Source: Chloroflexota bacterium (GTDB taxonomy: Bacteria; Chloroflexota; Dehalococcoidia; Lucifugimonadales; UBA3495). Taken from it: a stretch of DNA of 64,000 nt. Below are positions 10,664 to 20,197 of the stretch, in pieces; the stretch's first letter is position 1; each line of letters opens with the position of its first letter. A program made the translations under genes and the position numbers. The notes under the pieces were generated by a model. The model searched no databases. It saw only the letters and a list, made by a program, of their open reading frames with translations, and was not told the DNA's origin. The stretch spans positions 29,204 to 93,203 of the forward strand of contig JAQBVF010000011.1 of NCBI GenBank assembly GCA_027623675.1, written 5' to 3'.

Positions 10664-11614
10664 ATGTTCCAAGCAGTATCACAAAAGAAGAAGATCCTGG
10701 TCCTATTGGGCGCCGGCCTGGTCCTGTTGTTGGCCGTGGCCTGTGGTTCTAACGGCAACGGCAGCGCCGGTTCCGTGTCGGCCGACCGGCTATTGGCGGC
10801 GGTCTCCAACCAAGGCACCGGCCTCTGGGTAAATGGCACCGGCAGGGCCAGCGGCGAGCCAGACCTGGGCATCCTAAGTCTGGGAGTTGAATCCCTGGCC
10901 GACACGGCTTCCGAAGCCAGGGCGCAGGCAGCGGTGGCCATCGACCGGACCATCACGGTCCTCAAGAACAACAACATCGCGGACCGGGACCTCCAGACCA
11001 GTCAATTCAGGATCAGCCCTCGCTACAACACGGAAGAGGTAACCAGGTGCACGGACGGGTCCGCTCCCAAAGAAATCAAGCCTAGCGGAGCAACTGAGGA
11101 GCCGGCCACCGAACCAAGCATGGGCATGCCCGCTCCCGGAGCATCGCCGGATGTTGTGGAGATGATCGTGACACAACAGTCACAGGGCAGTCAGTGCCGG
11201 GTGGAGTATGAGCGGGTGCTCATCGGCTACCAGGTGACCAACACCCTGACCGTGAAGGTCCGTAACCTGGACAGCATGGGTGACATCATCGACGGCGCGA
11301 CCGAAGCGGCAGGGGACCTGATACGCATCAACCAGGTGAGCTTCACCATGGAAGACAGCAAGCCCCTCCAGGAAGAAGCGCGGGCGGAGGCCATCGCCGA
11401 CATGCTGGCCAAGGCCAAGGCAATGGCTGAATCGGCGGGAGTTAAGTTGGGCGATCTGGTATTTCTGTCCGAATCCGGCGGAGTCAGCCCCCAGTCGTTC
11501 GCCAGGATGGAATCCGCAGCGGGTTTCGGGGCATCCGACCAATCAACCAGTATCTTGGCCGGAGAGTTGGACGTGAATGTGAGCGTGCAAGGGGTCTTCG
11601 ACATCGGCAACTAA
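10664..11614 (+). CDS. SIMPL (DUF541) domain lipoprotein
   Basis: Lipobox AVAC; VNGTG..PD...LGV, DLQTSQFRISPRY, GYQVTNTLTVKVR, AGELDVNVSV. Confidence 0.88.
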   Translation: MFQAVSQKKKILVLLGAGLVLLLAVACGSNGNGSAGSVSADRLLAAVSNQGTGLWVNGTGRASGEPDLGILSLGVESLADTASEARAQAAVAIDRTITVLKNNNIADRDLQTSQFRISPRYNTEEVTRCTDGSAPKEIKPSGATEEPATEPSMGMPAPGASPDVVEMIVTQQSQGSQCRVEYERVLIGYQVTNTLTVKVRNLDSMGDIIDGATEAAGDLIRINQVSFTMEDSKPLQEEARAEAIADMLAKAKAMAESAGVKLGDLVFLSESGGVSPQSFARMESAAGFGASDQSTSILAGELDVNVSVQGVFDIGN

Positions 11615-11842
11615 CAGGCAACTAACACAAGTAGCCACGGCCGCAAGACACGGATGGGGGCGGGGTCTGAATCGACCCTGCCCTCTTTTTTGTCATTGAT
11701 TCCCGCCCAGCAGAAACTGCCCGCCCATTTATCCTGGCCAATTTATCTCCGTCCGTTTATCTCTGTTTCGCCTTGCGGGCCAATTCCAGGGTTGTTAGAA
11801 TTTCGCTACCCACACACCAAGATTGAACCTCGCGGGAGCAAC

Positions 11843-12442
11843 ATGGTCTTAAGCGACCGGACCATCAAAGAAGAACTGGCAAAAGGGCGTATCGTCATCT
11901 CGCCCCTGGACCCCGATGACATTCAACCGGCCAGCGTCGACCTCCATCTGGACCGTCAGATCCTGGTTTTCGCCAACTCCCGCCGTCCTTTCATCGACGT
12001 CAAAGAGGGACTTGAAGACCTGACCCAGATGGTCGAGATCCAGGACGACACGCCGTTCATTCTTCATCCCGGCGAGTTCGTCCTTGGCAGCACTTTAGAG
12101 AACATCGAGCTGCCCGAAGACCTGGTGGCCAGGTTGGAGGGCAAGAGCAGCTTGGGGCGCATCGGCCTGGTCATCCACTCCACCGCCGGTTTCGTCGACC
12201 CCGGTTGGAAGGGGCACCTGACACTGGAACTCAGCAACCTCGCCCGGCTGCCCATCACCCTCTACCACGGCATGAAGATCGGGCAGATATCCTATCTGCA
12301 ACTCAGCACGCCCGCCGACCGGCTCTACGGCTCAGAGTCCCTGGGCAGCAAATACCAGGGCCAGACCGTCCCCACCGCCAGCCGGTTCCACCGTGACTTC
12401 CCAAAGAACGATTCCAAGAACGATACAGGACAGGCTTCCTAA
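11843..12442 (+). CDS. dcd: dCTP deaminase
   Basis: IQPASVDL, LEGKSSLGRIGL, TAGFVDPG, SKYQGQ; GGGAG RBS before ATG 11843. Confidence 0.96.
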   Translation: MVLSDRTIKEELAKGRIVISPLDPDDIQPASVDLHLDRQILVFANSRRPFIDVKEGLEDLTQMVEIQDDTPFILHPGEFVLGSTLENIELPEDLVARLEGKSSLGRIGLVIHSTAGFVDPGWKGHLTLELSNLARLPITLYHGMKIGQISYLQLSTPADRLYGSESLGSKYQGQTVPTASRFHRDFPKNDSKNDTGQAS

Positions 12443-12450
12443 GCCGCACC

Positions 12451-13566
12451 ATGGATTACATGCAAAGGGCCGTCGCGTTGGCCCGTGAGGTTATGGGCGC
12501 CACCAGCCCCAATCCAGCCGTTGGCGCGGTCCTGGTCAAAGACGGCGTGGAGATCGGCGCCGGCGCAACCCAACCCCCCGGCCAAGACCATGCCGAGATC
12601 GTTGCCATCAGGCAGGCATCGGACCAAGCCCGGGGCGCGACCCTGTACTGCACCTTGGAACCATGCTGCACCTGGGGCCGCACGCCGCCCTGCACCAAGG
12701 CCATCATCGCAGCCGGTATCGCGGAGGTCCATTTCGCCGTTATCGACCCCAACCCGAACGTATCCGGCAACGGCCGGGACGAACTGGCCGCCGCGGGCAT
12801 CAAGGTGGTCGAGGAAGAGGCCGAAGGCGCCAAGGAACTGTACGAGGCGTTTGCCAAGCATATCGTCACCGGCGCCCCCTTCGTTACCGCCAAGTTCGCG
12901 ATGACGCTGGACGGAAAGATCGCCACGCGCACCGGCGACTCCAAGTGGGTCACCGGATCCGAGGCTAGGGGATTCGTCCAGAAGATGCGCCTGGTTTGCG
13001 ATGCCATCCTGGTTGGGGTGAACACGGCGCTAACCGACGACCCCTACCTGACCTCCCGCGATGCCGACGGCAACCCTCTGGAACGCCAACCATTGCGGGT
13101 CGTGCTGGACAGCACCTGCCATACCCCGGTCGGCGCGGTGATGTTCCGGCAGCCGGGAGCCACGCTCATCGCCACCACCAAAGCAGCCCCGGACGCGCGG
13201 ATCGAAGCGCTGGAGCGGGCTGGAGCCGAGGTCGTGGTGCTGCCGTCGGGCGAGGACCAACGGGTGGACCTGCACGAGTTGGTCGCGCATCTGGGTGCCC
13301 GGGGCGTGGTCAACCTATTGGTGGAGGGCGGAGGCTCGGTCCATGGTGCGTTCTTCGACGCCGGCCTGGTGGACAAGGTCTACGCCTTCGTCGCCCCGGT
13401 GATCGTCGGCGGGGAGACGTCGCTGTCGCCAGTTGAAGGCTCCGGGGTAACAGTCATGGCCAACGCCTGGCGGCTGGCCGGCGCCCGAGGCGAGCGGATC
13501 GGCGAGGATTGGCTCATAATAGGGTATCCCCGGAAGCAAGGCCAGAAACAGGAATGGCAGCCGTAA
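12451..13566 (+). CDS. ribD: Bifunctional riboflavin biosynthesis deaminase/reductase
   Basis: PNPAVGAV, HAE, LEPC...PPC, TLDGKIA, VEGGG. Confidence 0.96.
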   Translation: MDYMQRAVALAREVMGATSPNPAVGAVLVKDGVEIGAGATQPPGQDHAEIVAIRQASDQARGATLYCTLEPCCTWGRTPPCTKAIIAAGIAEVHFAVIDPNPNVSGNGRDELAAAGIKVVEEEAEGAKELYEAFAKHIVTGAPFVTAKFAMTLDGKIATRTGDSKWVTGSEARGFVQKMRLVCDAILVGVNTALTDDPYLTSRDADGNPLERQPLRVVLDSTCHTPVGAVMFRQPGATLIATTKAAPDARIEALERAGAEVVVLPSGEDQRVDLHELVAHLGARGVVNLLVEGGGSVHGAFFDAGLVDKVYAFVAPVIVGGETSLSPVEGSGVTVMANAWRLAGARGERIGEDWLIIGYPRKQGQKQEWQP

Positions 13567-13621
13567 TCTCGCTTCGGCAATCTCGAACCATCAGAATACG
13601 CAAGCGCAAGTAGGACCAAAA

Positions 13622-14212
13622 GTGTTTACCGGTATCGTAGAAGAGGTCGGCGTCGTCGCCAGCATCAGCGCCAATGCCATGACCGTCAGGGCGTCCAAGG
13701 TGGTCGAGGACCTGAAGCTGGGCGACAGCATCGCCGTCAACGGCGCTTGCCTGACGGCCGTCAGCTACACGAAAAGCGAGTTCTCGGTGGACCTGTCGCC
13801 GGAGACTATGCGGCGGACATCTCTGGGAGACCTGCAGGTGGGGGGGCCGGTGAACCTGGAACGGGCTCTTTTGGCAAGCAGCCGGATGGGCGGCCACCTG
13901 GTTCAGGGACATGTCGACGGAACTGGCCGTATAATGTCGAAAAAGCCGGAAGGTGACTCGATTATCTTCCGTGTTAGGGTGCCAAAACGGCTGAATCGCT
14001 ATATAGTAGAAAAGGGATTCGTCGCGGTTGACGGTATCAGTTTGACCGTGGTAAAAAAAGGAGCCTCTTCGTTCACCCTGGCTGTGATACCATACACGTT
14101 GGATAATACTAATTTGGCCTCATTATCCGTGGGGGACCGGGTGAACCTCGAAGCGGATATACTGGCCAAGTATGTAGAGAGTCTCCTGGACCCGGCAACC
14201 CGGGACCGTTGA
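13622..14212 (+). CDS. ribE: Riboflavin synthase alpha chain
   Basis: MFTGIVEE, GDSIAVNGACLT, GGHLVQGHVD, VNLEAD. Confidence 0.96.
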   Translation: MFTGIVEEVGVVASISANAMTVRASKVVEDLKLGDSIAVNGACLTAVSYTKSEFSVDLSPETMRRTSLGDLQVGGPVNLERALLASSRMGGHLVQGHVDGTGRIMSKKPEGDSIIFRVRVPKRLNRYIVEKGFVAVDGISLTVVKKGASSFTLAVIPYTLDNTNLASLSVGDRVNLEADILAKYVESLLDPATRDR

Positions 14213-14290
14213 CCAAGCTCCGCCAAGTAATACAGATCCTCCTGGACCGGTGATGCGGGCCGGAGGATCAAGTGCCGGAAGGACAACATC

Positions 14291-15496
14291 ATGCCTCTGT
14301 GCAGTCTTGAGGAAGGGCTCGAAGAGCTGAAAGCGGGAAGGTTCTTGATCGTTGTGGACGACGAGAACCGGGAGAACGAAGGCGACCTAGTGATGCCTGC
14401 CGAGATGGTTACTCCGGAGGCCGTCAACTTTGTCGTGACCCACGCGCGGGGCCTGCTGTGCATGCCGATCATTGGCGAACGTCTGGACGAACTCCAGATG
14501 CCCTTGATGATCAGCCAGAACGGCTCGGAAAAGAACCAGACCGCATTCACCGTGTCGGTCGACTACAACATCAACACCACCACCGGCATCTCCGCCGGTG
14601 ACCGCGCCGCCACCATCCTGGCCATGTTGGACCCGGCAGCCAAACCCGAAGACTTCACGCGCCCCGGCCACCTGTTCCCGCTGCGGTACCACCCCGGCGG
14701 CGTCCTGGCCCGGGCCGGTCACACCGAAGCCGCAGTTGACCTTTGCGAGATGATCGGCATGTACCCCGCCGGCATCGTCTGTGAGATCATGGACGAAGAC
14801 GGCTCCATGTCCCGGCTGCCCGCCTTGGAGGAGTTCGCCGAGGTCCATAGCCTGAAGATCCTCAGCATCGCCCAGATCATCGCCCACCGCCGCCGGACCG
14901 AGCGATTGATCGAGCGAGTCGCCGAGGCCCGCCTCCCGACCCGCTACGGAGCATTCACCGCCATCGCCTACAAGAGCTACGTTGACACGGGCGAGCACAT
15001 CGCGCTGACCATCGGCAAATGGACCGAGGACGAGCCGGTGCTGGTCCGGATCCACAGCGAATGCCTTACCGGCGACGTGTTCGGCAGCATGCGCTGCGAC
15101 TGCGGAGAGCAGATTGAATTGGCCCTCAGGCAGTTGGAGGAAGCTGGAAACGGCATCTTCCTGTACATGCGTCAGGAAGGACGGGGCATCGGTCTCCACA
15201 ACAAGATCAAGGCCTACTCCCTGCAAGACCAAGGCCTGGACACAGTGGAAGCCAACGAGACCCTGGGCTTCGAGCCGGACCTGCGCCACTACGGCGTGGG
15301 CGCCCAGATCCTTCGTGACCTGGGGGTTCGGAAGCTCAATCTGCTGACCAACAACCCCAAGAAGGTCGCCGGGCTATCGGGCTTCGACTTGGAGATCGTC
15401 GACCGCATTCCGGTCGAAGCGGAAGTCACCGAAGAGAACCGAAGGTACATGAAGACGAAGAAATCCCGGATGGGGCATATCCTCAGTAACTGCTAG
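14291..15496 (+). CDS. ribBA: DHBP synthase / GTP cyclohydrolase II
   Basis: DDENRENEGD, TTGISAGDR, GHTEA, RIHSECLTGD, RCDCG, QEGRGIG, TNNPKK. Confidence 0.97.
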   Translation: MPLCSLEEGLEELKAGRFLIVVDDENRENEGDLVMPAEMVTPEAVNFVVTHARGLLCMPIIGERLDELQMPLMISQNGSEKNQTAFTVSVDYNINTTTGISAGDRAATILAMLDPAAKPEDFTRPGHLFPLRYHPGGVLARAGHTEAAVDLCEMIGMYPAGIVCEIMDEDGSMSRLPALEEFAEVHSLKILSIAQIIAHRRRTERLIERVAEARLPTRYGAFTAIAYKSYVDTGEHIALTIGKWTEDEPVLVRIHSECLTGDVFGSMRCDCGEQIELALRQLEEAGNGIFLYMRQEGRGIGLHNKIKAYSLQDQGLDTVEANETLGFEPDLRHYGVGAQILRDLGVRKLNLLTNNPKKVAGLSGFDLEIVDRIPVEAEVTEENRRYMKTKKSRMGHILSNC

Positions 15497-15522
15497 TCAG
15501 CAGCTATCAACCTTCAGCTAAC

Positions 15523-15556
15523 AAAAAAGCCCGCCTTTGGCGGGCTTTTATTTTTG
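15523..15556. terminator. Bidirectional intrinsic terminator between ribBA and prfB
   Basis: aaaaaa-gcccgcc-ttt-ggcgggc-ttttattttt. Confidence 0.85.
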
Positions 15557-15608
15557 TTGGCGGTGTTGCCCCGCCCGGCGTGGGCGGCTGCCGGGTCAGA
15601 AGCCGGGC

Positions 15609-16707
15609 CTACTTCCCCACTTGGGACATCAGATAGGCTTCAATGAACTGGTCGATCTGGCCGCCCAGCACGGCGTCGGGGTTGGTGCTTTGCAGGTTGG
15701 TGCGGTGGTCTTTCACCGACTTATACGGGTGCAGCACGTAGCTGCGGATCTGGCTGCCCCATTCGGCGGCCTTCCGTTCTCCCCGGAGTCCCGCAACCTC
15801 TTTCGCCTTTTCGTCCTCCTGCCGGGCCAACAGCCTGGCCTTCAGGATCCGCACGGCGTATTCCCGGTTCTGGTGCTGGGACCGCTCGTTCTGGCAGGAA
15901 ACCACGATTCCGGTGGGGATGTGGGTCAACCGGACCGCCGAGGCGACCTTCTGCACGTTCTGGCCACCGGGGCCGCTGGACCGGAAGGTGTCCATCTTGA
16001 TGTCTTCCGACCGCAACTCCACCTCGGGGTCGTCCTCGGATGTGGGCAATACCTCTACCTGGGCGAACGACGTCTGCCTCAGGTTGTTGGGATCGTAGGG
16101 AGAGAGCCGCACCAGCCGGTGGACGCCCTGTTCCGCCACCAGGTAGCCAAAGGCGTGGGCGCCGCCGACCTCCAGGGTCGAACTGCGCAATCCGGCTTCG
16201 TCCCCATAGGAAAGGTCCATAACCTCCAGGGGGCGCTTGCCCAACTCGGCCCACTGGCAATACATCTGAGTCAGCATCTGGGCCCAGTCCTGGGCATCGG
16301 TGCCGCCGGCGCCGGCGTGGATGGTGACGATGGCTGGCCGGTCATCGTAGGGGCCGGAAAGGGTGAGGTTGATCTCTTCGTGGGCCAGCGCCTTCGCCAG
16401 GTCCTCGTACTCCGATTCCAACTGTTCTTGGAGTGAGGGGTCGCCCTCGGCGATGGCAAGCTCGGTGAGTTCCATCAAGTTGTCGGCGCGAGTTTCCAGG
16501 TCCCGCCACAGTGACACCGTGTCTTTCAGGCGGCCCAGTTGCTGCATCTTTCGCTGTGCGGTCTGGTGGTCGTCCCAGTATCCCGGTTCGGCCGCCTCTC
16601 GTTCCATGACGCTTATGGCGTCTTCTTTACCGGCCAGGTCAAAGACGCTCCACCACCGCCGCAATCTTTTGGTCGAGGGTCGATAGTTGTTGTCTCAGTT
16701 GCTCCAT
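15609..16707 (-). CDS. prfB: Peptide chain release factor 2, translated through a programmed +1 frameshift
   Basis: ATG 16707 MEQLRQQLSTLDQKIAAVVERL then CTT TGA C; the +1 frame continues DLAGKED...; GVHRLVRLSPY and SGPGGQNV motifs. Confidence 0.95.
16638..16657 (-). promoter_or_regulatory. prfB +1 frameshift site (CTT TGA C) with upstream SD-like element
   Basis: Minus strand GGTGGTGGAG CGT CTT TGA C. Confidence 0.9.
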
Positions 16708-16877
16708 GGTCGGGTATCCTCTCGTGAGTGAAATAAAGGTTGATCGGAGGCACGCGCGAAGTTAGGCGCTCTCGTCTCATGTGGGTTCGATTATATCAGC
16801 CGGCCGGCCGGCCGCCCCAGCAGTGCGCGTCCTGATTTGGCCGGCCCCGTGATTGATGCGGGATCCGGATATGCGCC

Positions 16878-17756
16878 TCAGCCCAGTCCCAACTGGTCCG
16901 CCACCCAGGAAAGTTGTATCTGGGCGTGCTCGTGGCCGCCGCCCTCCGGCCCGCCGTGGTACACGCGGAGATCGCAATGGGGGATCCTGGCGGCCAGTTC
17001 TTCCCCGAAGGCCAATGGGCATGAACCGGTATCGTTGATGCCCACGCTCAATAGCACCGGCGCGGTTATGCGGAAGGCCGTTTTGACGGGGTCGAGGTCG
17101 CTGGTGTTCTGCTCCACCGCGTCCCGGCGTGTTGGATTGAGGCGCAAGTAATCGTCCAGTTCCGCCAGCGGGTAGGCCAGGCCAGGCTCCAACGAGACCG
17201 GGTTGCCCAGGGCCATGGGGGTGTTGGCGGCGACGGCATCCACCGAGAGCCGGTGGGCCGCGGCAGCCAGCGCCAGCGACCCGCCAAGACCGCTGCCGGT
17301 CACCGCGATCTTCCGGATGGGCGCTTGGGCTTGCTCGGACACGGCGTCCACACCGCGCAGCGCGTCGGCGAAGACCCGGCGCATCACATAGGTCTCTGGC
17401 CGGTCGATCCCATCGGTCAGCAGTCCGGGAAACTGGGCTTGGAATGAGGTGTCGGCGCGGCGTTGGCCCCTAAAGGTCGGGTTCAACACCACCGCCCGCT
17501 CCCGCAGGGGTGTGTAGACGATATCCTGCACGCTGCCATAGTCTGGCATCCGGACCACGGCCGGGAACGGGCCGTTGCCCTTGGGCGCCGACAACCAGGC
17601 GAATAGCCAGTAGCCGTCGGCCGACCTGTAGCGCATCCGGAAAACATCCCAGTCCGGCTGGGAGTAGAAAGCGTCCCGCTCCAGGTGCAGTTCCAGCGGG
17701 AATTCGGCCAATGCGGCTTCGGTCTGTTGCCAGAACCGGTCTGCGGAAGTCGTCAC
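16878..17756 (-). CDS. CE7 acetylxylan esterase / cephalosporin-C deacetylase-like paralog (nucleophile elbow GSGLGG)
   Basis: GTG start overlaps the upstream TGA (GTGA); DRFWQQT, FRGQ, PGLLTDG, GGHE; similar to the adjacent gene. Confidence 0.8.
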   Translation of the reverse strand: MTTSADRFWQQTEAALAEFPLELHLERDAFYSQPDWDVFRMRYRSADGYWLFAWLSAPKGNGPFPAVVRMPDYGSVQDIVYTPLRERAVVLNPTFRGQRRADTSFQAQFPGLLTDGIDRPETYVMRRVFADALRGVDAVSEQAQAPIRKIAVTGSGLGGSLALAAAAHRLSVDAVAANTPMALGNPVSLEPGLAYPLAELDDYLRLNPTRRDAVEQNTSDLDPVKTAFRITAPVLLSVGINDTGSCPLAFGEELAARIPHCDLRVYHGGPEGGGHEHAQIQLSWVADQLGLG

Positions 17757-18709
17757 GATGCCGCCGCCTTGGGTCCGGCTTTCTCCGATAGCCCGATCTG
17801 CCCCTCCAGCCAGTTCCGCTCCTGGGCCGGGTAATCGTGGGCGTTGCCGTGGCCTGAGTTGGGGAACAGCCAAAGCTCCTTGTGTCCGGTCAACGCCCGG
17901 TAGGCCGCGTAGCTGGTCTCCGGAGGGCAAACCTCGTCGTCCAAGGCGATGCCCACCACCATGGGACACTTGATCCGGGGGGCGAAGTTGACCGCGTCGA
18001 AGTAACGCAGCGTCTCCAGCATCCGCTCCTCTTCATCGGGGTAGGCCCTGGCGTAACAGGCAAGTTCATCGTAGGGGTAGGACCGGAACATGGACATGGC
18101 CTCCGGGTAGCAGCACAAGAAGGGATAGCCGGCGACCCCGCCCTTGATCTCGGGACGCAGGGCGGCGGTTATCAGGGTCAGTCCGCCGCCCTGGCTGCTG
18201 CCGCAGGCGTAGATCCTGGCCGGGTCAATCTCGGGGCGGGAGTGGAGGAAGTCCACGGCCCGCACGCAGTCAGATATCACACCGCGATACCCGTAGGACT
18301 CCCGGCTTTCCAGTCCGGCGGTCAGCAGGCCGGGATAACCGGGATTGAACCCAGTGCTGCTCTTCAGCTTGCCCCGCACCGCCACGGACAGCACGGCGAC
18401 CCCCTTCTTGCCCCAGTCGCGGCGAACCGGCGGCTCGGATTTATAGCCAGGGAGATTGACGATGGCCGGGAATGGCCCTTCGCCCTTGGCCGGCAGGCTA
18501 TACCAAGCCGAGATCTCAAGTCCGCCCAGGCTCAGGTAGGTTACGTTGAAGACATGGACGTCGTCGTTGCTCCTTAACGGATCGGCGGTGATCACCGGCA
18601 AGATCGATGTCCGGGCCAATTCCTCCAACGTCTCGCTCCAAAAATCGTCAAAGTCGTCCGGGCAGGTTACCTGGGTCGTGAAATCTTCCAGTTCTTGTTG
18701 CGTCGCCAT
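17753..18709 (-). CDS. CE7 acetylxylan esterase / cephalosporin-C deacetylase family
   Basis: PDDFDDFWSETL, GSSQGG, YFDAVNFAPRI, DEVCPP, SGH; GGAG RBS before ATG 18709. Confidence 0.9.
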   Translation of the reverse strand: MATQQELEDFTTQVTCPDDFDDFWSETLEELARTSILPVITADPLRSNDDVHVFNVTYLSLGGLEISAWYSLPAKGEGPFPAIVNLPGYKSEPPVRRDWGKKGVAVLSVAVRGKLKSSTGFNPGYPGLLTAGLESRESYGYRGVISDCVRAVDFLHSRPEIDPARIYACGSSQGGGLTLITAALRPEIKGGVAGYPFLCCYPEAMSMFRSYPYDELACYARAYPDEEERMLETLRYFDAVNFAPRIKCPMVVGIALDDEVCPPETSYAAYRALTGHKELWLFPNSGHGNAHDYPAQERNWLEGQIGLSEKAGPKAAAS

Positions 18710-18860
18710 GACATCTCCCACCATTTGGCTGCCAGCAAGTATAACGGGATTATATCGGCAGGCCGGGCCCTGATGCACGCTCAGATGACGGTCAACCCGA
18801 TTCGTTAGACGGGCATCCAATAAGAAGTCGATAGTTGATACCGGGAGTTGGATACTGAAT

Positions 18861-19328
18861 ATGAAAGTAGGTCTGCGGCGGCAAGCCGTCCACGTCGATG
18901 CGCCGCGTCCGGCGGTTTTTGAGTTGATCAGCTCCTTTGGCGGCGTTGATGACGCGGACTCGGCTGGAGATGGGGAAGGCAAGAAACTATTGGAGCGCGA
19001 CGGCAACAGGCTGTTGATGGAGTTCCGCTCCAGAGACGGCCGGAAGGTCTACCGGACCGTGGAGGAAGTGATGCTCTACCCCGATGAGCGGATCACCTTC
19101 CGGCATCTGGAAGGCCCCCTGTACCACTCCCAAGAAAGGTTCGAGTTCGCGGAAGTGGACTCGGGCACCGCCGTGACCCACGACGGCCAGATCGAGTGCC
19201 GGATGCACCGGCTGCCCGGCATCGGATGGGCGGTGGCCCGCTTCTACGTGAAACGCCGCTACGAGCGCCTGGTGCTACGGCACCTGAACGACCTGAAGGC
19301 GCGGGCTGAGGGCGCCGCCGGCATCTGA
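18861..19328 (+). CDS. SRPBCC/START-like family protein
   Basis: VHVDAPRPAVFEL N-terminus; C-terminal helix LNDLKARAE. Confidence 0.65.
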   Translation: MKVGLRRQAVHVDAPRPAVFELISSFGGVDDADSAGDGEGKKLLERDGNRLLMEFRSRDGRKVYRTVEEVMLYPDERITFRHLEGPLYHSQERFEFAEVDSGTAVTHDGQIECRMHRLPGIGWAVARFYVKRRYERLVLRHLNDLKARAEGAAGI

Positions 19329-19382
19329 ATTGGCGTTGGCGGCGATGAACGCGTTATCCTGACTGTCAGAGAAATCAGGACC

Positions 19383-20030
19383 GTGGGAGACGCGCCGCTG
19401 GAACTATTGCCTGAACCGTTGATCGTGGTGGTCCTTGCCATCGGCGCTTACGTGTTGGGGTCCGTCCCCACCGCCTACATCGTGGTGCGTCTGCTGACCG
19501 GCGGCGACATCCGGGAGTTGGGCAGCCGCAACGTGGGGGCTTTGAACACCTACCGGCAGGTTGGGGCGCCGGTGGGCCTGGCCGTGTTGCTCATCGACAC
19601 CGCGAAAGGGATCCTGGCGGTCGCCGTGCCGCGTCTGACCGGCGTCGACGATTGGGCGTTATTCGTCACCACTCCCCTGGTGGTTGCGGGCCACAACTGG
19701 CCGGTGTTTCTGAACTTCCGGGGCGGCAAGGGGGCGGCGGCCATCTTCGGCATATCACTGGTCATCGTACCCTGGCTCACCGTCGTCACCGCCGGACCCA
19801 GCATCCTGGTGATGATCTTACTGCGCAATGTGGTGCTTGGCGCGGCCTTCGGATTCGCCATGCTAAACACGCTGCTCTGGATCACCGGGCAGGGCGCCGG
19901 TCAGGTTGGGCTCTGCCTGCTGCTCACTCTGCTGGTAACCGGGACCTATCTGGTCAGCGTCCGGTCTCACGTCGTGTCGTCGATCAAGACCAGACAATGG
20001 CGGGCCCTTTTCTTTGAACTTGCCGGCTAA
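19383..20030 (+). CDS. plsY: Glycerol-3-phosphate acyltransferase
   Basis: YVLGSVP, DIRELGSRNVGALN, DTAKG, GHNWPVFLNFRGGKG. Confidence 0.9.
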   Translation: MGDAPLELLPEPLIVVVLAIGAYVLGSVPTAYIVVRLLTGGDIRELGSRNVGALNTYRQVGAPVGLAVLLIDTAKGILAVAVPRLTGVDDWALFVTTPLVVAGHNWPVFLNFRGGKGAAAIFGISLVIVPWLTVVTAGPSILVMILLRNVVLGAAFGFAMLNTLLWITGQGAGQVGLCLLLTLLVTGTYLVSVRSHVVSSIKTRQWRALFFELAG

Positions 20031-20197
20031 CCGGCCCGCCGGGACCAGGCGTTTCGCGGCGATATGGCCAGTCACGGTGAACTCGCCGGTCCCGCACTGC
20101 AATCGGCCGGGTTGGGTGGGCTATAATGAAGCCTGTGCAACGCTTAACGCGCTGCCCCACCCCCGCGAATTTCCCCAGTAGATGAGATGTAGGTGCG

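Noticed and set aside
20031..20197. T-box leader before thrS
   Set aside because: The leader is short and has no T-box consensus or terminator
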